DNA from: Vulcanimicrobiota bacterium
GTDB taxonomy: Bacteria > Vulcanimicrobiota > Vulcanimicrobiia > Vulcanimicrobiales > Vulcanimicrobiaceae
Direction of reading: 5' to 3'
Assembly (NCBI GenBank): GCA_003133025.1
Contig: PKZK01000154.1
Span: forward strand, 1 to 15,133
Length of the DNA: 15,133 nucleotides
Position numbers and translations under genes: made by a program. The notes below the pieces were generated by a model. It saw only the letters and a list, made by a program, of their open reading frames with translations. It was not told where the DNA came from and did not search any database. Below, in pieces: positions 7,332-14,508 of the stretch (positions within the stretch are counted from its first letter, which is position 1; each line of letters starts with the position of its first letter).

Positions 7332-10196
7332 GTGTCGGAACCTGAACGAAGTTCGCTCGTCGCACGGGTGGCCTCGATGGCCCCGCGCATCGTGCTGCCG
7401 ACGGCGGCCGCCGGCTTCGGTAAGTCGACCTTCGCGCGCGAGTACGCCGCCACGTTCCCGGCACGCGCCTTCGTCGAGCTCGGGAACGCTCGCGACGAAC
7501 GCGCCCTCAGCCGGCTGACGCTGGCGGCATGCGCTGCGGTGACCAGCGGCGGCGACCGCGAACGCTTCGATGCGTTGCAATACGCCCTCGCCGGCGAGAA
7601 CTTCGATCCCGACGCCGCGCTCGACGTGCTGGGCCGGGCCTGGCCGCAGCCCGGAGAGCAGCCGGTCTTCGTCTTCGAGAGCGTCGAGTCGGCAGCGGCG
7701 AATCCAGCGTTGCTGGCTTTTTTCGGACGCCTGTTGGCGTCGAGTCCGGCGCACTGCACGCTGGTGGTCTGCTCGCGCCGCCCGCTGCGCTTGCCCTTGA
7801 GCAAGATCGCGCCGCCGCATCTGATCGTCACCCTCCGCGCGAGCGACCTCGCCTTCGGGCCGGCCGAAATCGAGTCGGCCCTGCGTCCGCTCGAACTGAC
7901 CAAACACGAACTGGCCGAGATCGAACGCGTCACGCAGGGCTGGCCGATCGGCGTGCTCATGTTGCGGCGTTTCGCGCAAGAGGGCCGGCTGCGCGAAGCG
8001 CTTTCGCGCCTCGACGATTTGACCTTCGAAGAGACGCACGAGTATCTCGTTGAGGAAGTGATCGGCGCGCTCGCCGCCGACGAACTCGAGGTGCTGCTCG
8101 CGTGCGCTGCGATTCCCGATGCCACCGCCGACGACGTCGCGGCGGCGCTTGGAGCCGATGCGCCCGAGGCGCTCGACCGCCTGCTGCAAGCGTCGCCCTT
8201 CGTGCAGCGCGTCGAGGGCGCTCACCGCGTGCACCCGCTCTTGGCGGCCGCGCTGGAACGGCGCTTTGCGCGGCGCCGCGCGGACTCGACGCGACGCGCC
8301 GCGCAGGCGTACGAATCGGCCGGCCGCCCCCTGCGTGCGGCCGAACTGTTCCGGCATTTGGGCGACATGCCCGCGGCCGCGCGCAATCTCGTGGCCCAAG
8401 CGGCGCTGCCCAACCGCACCGGCAACCTCAATTATTCAGAACTCATCGCCTCGCTCGATGCCGAGACGTTGCGCGCGCATCCCGTCTTGCGCGCGGTAAC
8501 CGCGTATCCACGGCGCTTTCGGGTCGATCCGCACCTCTTGCGCGAAGAGATCGAGGACATCTGGCGCACTTTGCCGCCCTCGCTCGAGTTCGAAGTGCGC
8601 AGCAGCATCGGCAACACGCTGGCGCGGCAGATGTACGAGACCGGACGCTTCGAGGAAGCCGAGGCGGTGCTGCGTGGCTTGGAGCGTGAGTTGGGCGGGA
8701 TCGCCGACGTGCCGCGCACCGCGGGCGAGTCGTATGTGGCGCGCACCCTGGCTTGCGTGCTGGCGCGCAGCGGGCGCATCGACGAAGCCGAGATCTATTT
8801 CCGCAAAGGCTACGACAACGCGCCGGGCGCGCAGTTCGTCGTCAGCCGTTCGGCGATCGAGCACGCGCTGATCGAACGGATGCGCGGGCGCCGCGACGCC
8901 GAACGCCGGCTCTTGGACGATGCGATTCAGCTGGCGACCGGTACCAAAGCGAGGGTGCATCTCGCTTGCGCTTTGGCCGAAGCCGCATTCGCCGCGTGGC
9001 TCGCCGGTGAAGACGAGCGCGTGCCGCCGTACGTCGAACGTCTGGAGGAGTGCGTGGCTCGCGACGGCATGCGCGGCTTCGCCCAGTTGTGCGCCGCGTT
9101 CCGCGGCGAAACGCTCGCGCCCAACGGCAGCGAACAGCCCAACTGGCTGGCCTGCGCCGGGCTCGTCGGCGCCGGGCGGGCGCCTGCGGCGGAGCGTGCG
9201 GCACTGCTCGAGACGGCCAAACGGCACGCCGACGAATCCAACGACGTGTTCTTGCGCGTGTTGAGCGACGTCGCGCTCGCACTGAACGACCGGTCGCGTG
9301 ACGAGGTGCTGGTCGAGGCGCTCGCGCTCGCCGCCTCGATCGAGGCGCTGGCGCCGCAGGCGGCGGTCGCGCAGTTGCTTGCGGGCGCGCGCGACACCGG
9401 CATCCTCACGGCCTTCGCGCGCCGCTTTGCGGGCGAGGCGCCGGCGGCCGAGCGGATCTCGGTCGAAATCCTCACGCGCACGATCCGCCGCGGCGAGACC
9501 GTCGTCGATCTGCGCGATCGCGAATTGGCCTTGGTCATCGCGCTCGCTCGCCGGCGCGGCGCCTCGTCGCGAGCCGAGTTGTGCGAACTGCTCTGGCCCG
9601 AACTCGACGAACCGGCGGCGCGCGACGCGCTCAACTCGTGCCTCTACCGCGTGCGTCAACGTTTGGGCGAAGGCGCGATCGTCTGGCGGCGCAGCGACGG
9701 ATACCGCCTCGCCGAAAACGCGCGCGTCGACGTGCGTGAGATCGAGCCGTGGGCCGCAACCCTTTTGCAGACGCGCCGCGCTCTGCGCGACGGCGAGCGT
9801 GCGCTTCTCGCCGAATTGCACGCGCGTCTGCGGCGCAACACGCTGCGCCAGGGCGAGGTCTGGGAGTGGCTCGAGCCGCTCGCCGCGCGGCTCGACGAAT
9901 TAGCGCTGGCCATCGGCGAGCGCTTGGCGCAAGATTTCCTCGCTCGGGGCCGTTTCGACGAGGCGTTGGCGGTTGCGCGCGACCTGATCGAGCGCGATCC
10001 GTGCGACGAAACCGCGCGAGAACTCGCCATTCGCGCGCATATCGGCGCCGGCGACCGCGTGGCGGCAACGCGCGAGTTACGGACGTATCGCGAGGTAGTC
10101 CTACGCGAACTCGACGCGGAGCCGTCGGATTATTTGGTGTCACTCGTTCGCGAGTTAGGAGCTCAAACAGAGGGCCGACCCGTCGAGGCGCTGTAA
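7332..10196 (+). CDS. MalT-like STAND transcriptional regulator with C-terminal winged-helix and BTAD (SARP-type) domain
   Basis: 954 aa. N-terminal P-loop AAAGFGKST, MalT-type LAFGPAE and TQGWPIGV motifs, YLVEEV and RVHPLL, and a helical TPR-like middle. wHTH region: ELCELLWPELDEPAARDALNSCLYRVRQRLG. BTAD region: DPCDETARELAIRAH...LRELDAEPS. Confidence 0.85.
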   Translation: MSEPERSSLVARVASMAPRIVLPTAAAGFGKSTFAREYAATFPARAFVELGNARDERALSRLTLAACAAVTSGGDRERFDALQYALAGENFDPDAALDVLGRAWPQPGEQPVFVFESVESAAANPALLAFFGRLLASSPAHCTLVVCSRRPLRLPLSKIAPPHLIVTLRASDLAFGPAEIESALRPLELTKHELAEIERVTQGWPIGVLMLRRFAQEGRLREALSRLDDLTFEETHEYLVEEVIGALAADELEVLLACAAIPDATADDVAAALGADAPEALDRLLQASPFVQRVEGAHRVHPLLAAALERRFARRRADSTRRAAQAYESAGRPLRAAELFRHLGDMPAAARNLVAQAALPNRTGNLNYSELIASLDAETLRAHPVLRAVTAYPRRFRVDPHLLREEIEDIWRTLPPSLEFEVRSSIGNTLARQMYETGRFEEAEAVLRGLERELGGIADVPRTAGESYVARTLACVLARSGRIDEAEIYFRKGYDNAPGAQFVVSRSAIEHALIERMRGRRDAERRLLDDAIQLATGTKARVHLACALAEAAFAAWLAGEDERVPPYVERLEECVARDGMRGFAQLCAAFRGETLAPNGSEQPNWLACAGLVGAGRAPAAERAALLETAKRHADESNDVFLRVLSDVALALNDRSRDEVLVEALALAASIEALAPQAAVAQLLAGARDTGILTAFARRFAGEAPAAERISVEILTRTIRRGETVVDLRDRELALVIALARRRGASSRAELCELLWPELDEPAARDALNSCLYRVRQRLGEGAIVWRRSDGYRLAENARVDVREIEPWAATLLQTRRALRDGERALLAELHARLRRNTLRQGEVWEWLEPLAARLDELALAIGERLAQDFLARGRFDEALAVARDLIERDPCDETARELAIRAHIGAGDRVAATRELRTYREVVLRELDAEPSDYLVSLVRELGAQTEGRPVEAL

Positions 10197-10356
10197 CTCG
10201 AAGCAGGTCAGTTTCGAAAGGTCGTCGCCGTGTCTCGTCGCCCCGCCGCTAATCTCTCGTCCGCGCTCGCGAATTTTGCACTTCGGCAAGCGGGTTCGGC
10301 GTGGGGCAATAAGGGTGAGACGGTCGGCGAAGCCGACGTAGCCGCGGTTCGATAAC

Positions 10357-10953
10357 CTGGACATTCCCGACGGTTATCACCCCGTTCCGCCGGGAAAACT
10401 CGCTGCGGTAGTGACGCACCTCGAAATGCTCGCGCCCGTGCCGCCGCGGCCCGAACGCGCCGCGGCCGGCTGGTCGTTGCAGCGCGTCGTCGATCCGGAT
10501 CTCGCGTGGTATCGCGAACTCTACGCGCGCGTCGGCGGTCCGTACCTGTGGGCCTGGCGGCTCGCGCAAAGCGACGACGTCCTGGGCGCGATGCTGCACG
10601 ATCCCGTGCTCGAGAATTACGTCTTCCGCGACGGCGAGGCCGAGGAGGGCATGCTGGAACTCAGTTTCCGCGCGCCCGGCGAGTGCGAGATCATCTACTT
10701 CGGCGTCACCGAGCGTCTCGTCGGTTCCGGGGCCGCGCGATTCATGATGAACCGCGTGCTCGAGCGCGCGTGGTCGCAACCCATCCGCCGCCTCTGGTTG
10801 CACACGTGCACGCTCGACCATCCCCGTGCCGTGCCGTTCTACCTGCGTTCGGGCTTCGTGCCGTTCAAGCGCGAGATCGAGATATTCGACGATCCGCGCG
10901 CGCTCGGCCGGCTGCCGCGCGATGTCGCGCCCCACGTGCCGCTCTTCGGCTGA
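10357..10953 (+). CDS. GNAT family N-acetyltransferase (start uncertain; first canonical in-frame start is GTG 10411)
   Basis: Motifs YRELYARVGGPYLW, EIIYFGV, acetyl-CoA loop VGSGAAR, and RLWLHTCTLDHPRAVPFYLRSGF. The in-frame upstream sequence DIPDGYHPVPPGKLAAVVTHLEM looks like the family's N-terminus, so the start is tentatively placed at CTG 10357. Confidence 0.85.
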   Translation: MDIPDGYHPVPPGKLAAVVTHLEMLAPVPPRPERAAAGWSLQRVVDPDLAWYRELYARVGGPYLWAWRLAQSDDVLGAMLHDPVLENYVFRDGEAEEGMLELSFRAPGECEIIYFGVTERLVGSGAARFMMNRVLERAWSQPIRRLWLHTCTLDHPRAVPFYLRSGFVPFKREIEIFDDPRALGRLPRDVAPHVPLFG

Positions 10954-10998
10954 CGTCTCCGGGCGCAAACATCCGCGCCTGCCGGTTGTCTGGGAACC

Positions 10999-11943
10999 GT
11001 GAGCGAGAACCAGGCAAGCGCGGGGCCGGCGATCGTGGTCGAGCGGCTCGTCAAACGGTACGGTGACGTCGAGGCGGTGGCGGGCTTGAGCTTCAGCGTT
11101 CCGCGCGGGGCCATCTTCGGCTTGCTCGGGCGCAACGGTGCCGGCAAGACGACGACGCTCGAATGTTGCATCGGGCTGAGCAAGCCGACGTCGGGATCCG
11201 TCCGCATCCTGGGGCTCGATCCCACCAGCGCCCGCGACTTTGCGGCGCTGCGGCCACGCATCGGCGTGCAGTTGCAATCCACGTCGCTGCCCGAGAAGGC
11301 GGCGGTCGGCGAAGTGCTGGAGTTGTACGCGGCCTACTACGGGATTACGCCGCGCGCAGCGGAGATGGCGAGCCGCGTCGGTTTGGAAGGCAAATTGGAT
11401 CGGCAGATCGTGCAGATGTCGGGCGGCGAGCAGCAACGCTTGGCGCTGGCGCTCGCGCTGCAACACGATCCCGAGGTCGTCTTTCTCGACGAGCCCACGG
11501 CCGGCATGGACGCCTTCGGGCGGCGCATCCTCTGGGCTGAAGTCGAGGCACTCCGCGCGGCCGGAAAGACCATCATCTTGACCACGCACTATATCGAAGA
11601 GGCGGAGCGACTCTGCGACACGCTCTGCGTGGTGCAGCGCGGCCGCATCATCGCGGAGGATACGCCGGAGAATCTCGTGACGCGCTACGGCGGCGACGCG
11701 ACCGTCTGCATCACGGCCGACGGTTTCTCGCCCGACGACGCGCTGCGCGGACTCGGCACCTGGGCCAAAGCGAAGGACGAGTGGCAACTCGTGACGCACG
11801 GCGAGCCGGGTCTCGCGCTGGCTGCGGTCGTGACGCACGCCAACGCCATTTCGGCGACGGTCCGCTCGCTCGACATGCACCGTCCGACGCTCGAGGACGC
11901 ATTCATCGCCGTGACCGGCGAGACGATCGGAGAAGGCGAATGA
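10999..11943 (+). CDS. ABC-2 type (multidrug/DrrA-like) exporter ATP-binding subunit
   Basis: Walker A GRNGAGKTT, Q-loop, signature MSGGEQQR, Walker B VFLDEPT, H-switch TTH, and C-terminal PTLEDAFI. Confidence 0.95.
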   Translation: MSENQASAGPAIVVERLVKRYGDVEAVAGLSFSVPRGAIFGLLGRNGAGKTTTLECCIGLSKPTSGSVRILGLDPTSARDFAALRPRIGVQLQSTSLPEKAAVGEVLELYAAYYGITPRAAEMASRVGLEGKLDRQIVQMSGGEQQRLALALALQHDPEVVFLDEPTAGMDAFGRRILWAEVEALRAAGKTIILTTHYIEEAERLCDTLCVVQRGRIIAEDTPENLVTRYGGDATVCITADGFSPDDALRGLGTWAKAKDEWQLVTHGEPGLALAAVVTHANAISATVRSLDMHRPTLEDAFIAVTGETIGEGE

Positions 11944-12683
11944 ACGTACTGCGCATGTTTGCGGTGCAGACCAGGATGAATTTCCTGTGGTATTTCCGGC
12001 GCGACGGCGAGATGATGTTTTGGACGCTCGCGATGCCGGTGTTCTTTCTGGTGCTCTTCTCGTTTGCGTTCTCACAGGGGCCGTCGGGCCGCTCGGCGAC
12101 GTTTCTGGTGCCGGGGATCATCGGCGCGCAGGTCTTGAGTTCGGGATTTTGGGGCGTGGGCGTGATGCTCGCGACCTTCCGCGAGAAACATTTGCTCCGC
12201 CGCGTCTACCTGACGCCGATGCCGCGCTGGATCTTCTTCGCCTCGCTCGTGGCGTATCGCGTCACGCTGCTCGCGGTGCAGGCGATCATTTTGGTGACGG
12301 TCGGCTCGTTGCTCTTCCACGTCAGGATCACGGGCAATCCCGTGGCGGTGCTGATCGTGCTCCTGCTCGGCACCGCGACGTTCGTCTCGCTGGGCACGAT
12401 CATCGGCGCGTTGGCCAAGACGACCGAAAGCGCCAACAACATCGCCTCGATCCTGACCGTGCCGCTGGCCTTCATCTCAGACGCCTACATCCCGATCGAC
12501 CGTTTCCCGCACGCGGTCAGTTCCGCGCTGCGCTTGCTCCCGTCGACGCAGTTCATCGACATGTTCCGGGGCGTTTCGGTCGACGGCGCGTCCCTTGCGA
12601 GTTACGGGGTCTGGTTTGCGGTCCTCGTGGCCTGGACGATCTTCGGCACCGTGGTGAGCGCCCGAACCTTCCGCTGGGTCTAG
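11940..12683 (+). CDS. ABC-2 type exporter permease
   Basis: The ATG overlaps the ATPase stop (ATGA, 11940-11943). 247 aa with about 6 TM segments and motifs FLVPGIIG, REKHLLRRVYLTP and YIPIDRFP. Confidence 0.92.
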   Translation: MNVLRMFAVQTRMNFLWYFRRDGEMMFWTLAMPVFFLVLFSFAFSQGPSGRSATFLVPGIIGAQVLSSGFWGVGVMLATFREKHLLRRVYLTPMPRWIFFASLVAYRVTLLAVQAIILVTVGSLLFHVRITGNPVAVLIVLLLGTATFVSLGTIIGALAKTTESANNIASILTVPLAFISDAYIPIDRFPHAVSSALRLLPSTQFIDMFRGVSVDGASLASYGVWFAVLVAWTIFGTVVSARTFRWV

Positions 12684-12769
12684 GAGGCTCCTCAGGCGCG
12701 GCGGCAGGCGCTTGCGGAGCGGGCTACCGAACTCTCCCGTCCCCTGCTATTGAGAAAGCGGAGTTGACG

Positions 12770-13132
12770 ATGGCTGTTGCGACGGCGGTGCGCGGAATCG
12801 ACGCATCGTATTACATGACCAAAGACCTGGACGTCTCGACCAAATTCTATACGGAACTGCTGGGCAGCGCGCCGGAGGTGCACGTTCCCGGCATGTTCAG
12901 CGAATGGACGTTCCCCGGCGGCGAGGCGTTCGGCTTGTACAAGAGCGATAATTTCTACGAGTCGGGCACCGTCATGTTCCGGGTCGACGACGTGCCCGCG
13001 TTCGTGGCCGCCGCCAGAGCCAACGGCGTGCATTTCCACGGCGACGGTTTCGTCGACGAGACGCCCAACTGCCACATGGCCTTCGGGGTCGATCCCGACA
13101 ACAACAAGTTCATCATTCACAAGGTCAAGTAG
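12770..13132 (+). CDS. VOC (glyoxalase/bleomycin-resistance) family protein
   Basis: ATG at 12770 with GGAG upstream, 120 aa. Motifs DLDVSTKFYTELLG, FRVDDV, ANGVHF and AFGVDPDNN. Confidence 0.85.
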   Translation: MAVATAVRGIDASYYMTKDLDVSTKFYTELLGSAPEVHVPGMFSEWTFPGGEAFGLYKSDNFYESGTVMFRVDDVPAFVAAARANGVHFHGDGFVDETPNCHMAFGVDPDNNKFIIHKVK

Positions 13133-13149
13133 CCCTCGCTGCGCTTCCC

Positions 13150-13938
13150 GTGAGCGTCCTGCTCTTCGTTCCCGGCGACCGGCCCGAGCGCTTTGCGAAG
13201 GCCGTCGCTTCGGGTGCGGATGCGGCAATTCTCGACCTCGAGGATGCCGTCTCGTTCGACCGCAAGGACGCCGCGCGGGCTTCGGTTCGCGAGGCGTTAG
13301 CGGCGGGTCTACGCGCCTACGTTCGCGTCAATCCGGCCGGGAGCGACGCCGGCCGGGCCGACCTGGCGATGCTCGCCGGTCTGGCGCCGGTTGCGGTGAT
13401 GTTGCCCAAGGCGGCCGGCCCCGAAGACGTAGCCGCCGTCTCGGGCGCGCTCCCGCACGTGGAGGTCGTGCCCTTGATCGAGTCGATCGACGGTCTGCGC
13501 CACGCGGTCGCGATCGCCGCGGCGGCCGGCGTACGCGCCGTCGCCTTCGGCGCGTACGACATGTGCGCTGAACTCGGCGCGCGGCCCGTGCCCGAAGTGC
13601 TCGCGCCCTTGCGTTCGCAGGTGGTGCTCGCGGCGCGCGCGGCGGGCGTCGCGGCGTACGATTCACCGTTCACCGCGCTCGAAGACGAAGCCGGGCTGGT
13701 CGCCGACGCTCGTCGCGCCCTGGATTTCGGCTTCGACGGCAAACTCGCGATCCACCCCAAACAGGTAGCTCCCATTCGCGCCATCTTCTCGCCGAGCGCC
13801 GAAGATCTCGAACGTGCGCGAGCGATCGTGGCCGCGGCCGGTCGCGGTGGAGTCGCGGTCGTCGGCGGCGCGATGGTCGATGCGCCGATGGTCGTTGCGG
13901 CGCGACGGATACTGGCGCGCGCTGGTGAGGAAGGGTAG
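13150..13938 (+). CDS. HpcH/HpaI aldolase / citrate lyase beta (CitE)-like CoA-ester lyase
   Basis: Motifs LFVPGDRPERF, ILDLEDAV, YVRVN, MLPK, LIES, FGAYD, GFDGKLAIHPKQV and MVDAP. Confidence 0.92.
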   Translation: MSVLLFVPGDRPERFAKAVASGADAAILDLEDAVSFDRKDAARASVREALAAGLRAYVRVNPAGSDAGRADLAMLAGLAPVAVMLPKAAGPEDVAAVSGALPHVEVVPLIESIDGLRHAVAIAAAAGVRAVAFGAYDMCAELGARPVPEVLAPLRSQVVLAARAAGVAAYDSPFTALEDEAGLVADARRALDFGFDGKLAIHPKQVAPIRAIFSPSAEDLERARAIVAAAGRGGVAVVGGAMVDAPMVVAARRILARAGEEG

Positions 13939-13940
13939 CG

Positions 13941-14398
13941 ATGGCGGAAAAGCCCGGCTGGACATCTACAAACACCGGTTGGGGCGCACGGTCACCGAAA
14001 CAGACAACACGCTCTTTACCGCGCTGACGCTTAATTCCAACCCGATTCATTTCGATCAAAACCTGGCCGAGAAGACGTATTACGGAAAGATTCTGGTCAA
14101 TTCGTGCTATACGCTCTCGCTGGCCGTCGGGCTTTCGGTCGCCGATCTGAGCGAACACGTGATGGCCAACCTCGGCTGGGACGGCATCCGGCTCCCGGCG
14201 CCGGTCTTCGTGGGAGATACGATCTATGCGTCGAGCGCGATACTGTTCAAGCGCGACTCCTCGTCGCGGCCCAACGTCGGCCTGATCACGGCCAAGACCA
14301 CCGCGCACAATCAGCACGGCCGGACGGTGGTCGTCTACGAGCGGACTTTCTTGGTCTATCGACGCGGCGAAGATCCCAGGGATCACTTGCAGTTCTAA
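13941..14398 (+). pseudogene. MaoC-like (hotdog-fold) dehydratase with a frameshift near the 5' end
   Basis: ATG 13941 (SD-like GAGGAAGG upstream) reads MAEKPGW and stops at TGA 14025-14027. The MaoC body (DIYKHRLGRTVTETDN...NPIHFD...LVNS...NLGWDGIRLPAPVFVGDTIYA...SRPNVG) is in the -1 frame from 13961 to TAA 14398. Confidence 0.75.
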
Positions 14399-14428
14399 GC
14401 GGGCACGACTCTCTTTTCGGCTGTGGGG

Positions 14429-14456
14429 TGCAATCCAGGGGCAATTCCGCTCCGTT
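14429..14456 (+). promoter_or_regulatory. Putative ECF sigma promoter (SigK/ECF18-19-like)
   Basis: TGCAATCC (14429-14436), 16-nt spacer, CGTT (14453-14456), about 50 nt upstream of the ferritin-like gene. Confidence 0.45.
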
Positions 14457-14508
14457 CGTGGTGTAGATAACCGTCGATCCCACGATTTCCCGATAAAGGA
14501 GACCATTC

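Noticed and set aside
7246..7464. 73-aa N-terminal extension of the peptidase in the ORF track
   Set aside because: It is Arg-rich and low-complexity, overlaps the divergent regulator, and precedes a clear signal peptide starting at ATG 7245.
10202..10229. AGCAGGTCAGTTTCGAAAGGTCGTCGCC resembles the SRP RNA helix-8 region
   Set aside because: It lacks the conserved CAGG and AGCA internal-loop bases around the GNRA hairpin, and it is not at the apex of a flanking long stem.
10208..10364. Minus-strand remnant reading GFADRLTLIA / HAEPACRSAKFASADERLA across one frameshift, reminiscent of a PIN (VapC) C-terminus; includes the 69-aa ORF 10155-10364
   Set aside because: It needs an assumed frameshift, only a few residues match, and there is no N-terminal half or antitoxin. 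A frameshift-aware BLASTX or HMM hit to PIN families would revive it.
244..12075. Many long overlapping or antisense ORFs (e.g. 244-1332, 2048-3598, 3629-5179, 6617-8125, 8436-9821, 10249-12075)
   Set aside because: These are shadow ORFs typical of high-GC coding DNA, Arg/Ala/Gly-rich with no recognisable motifs.
13814..13940. Upstream in-frame start for the MaoC ORF inside the lyase gene
   Set aside because: It would overlap the lyase by about 125 nt and add a non-homologous Arg/Trp-rich leader. ATG 13941 has an SD and a family-like N-terminus.
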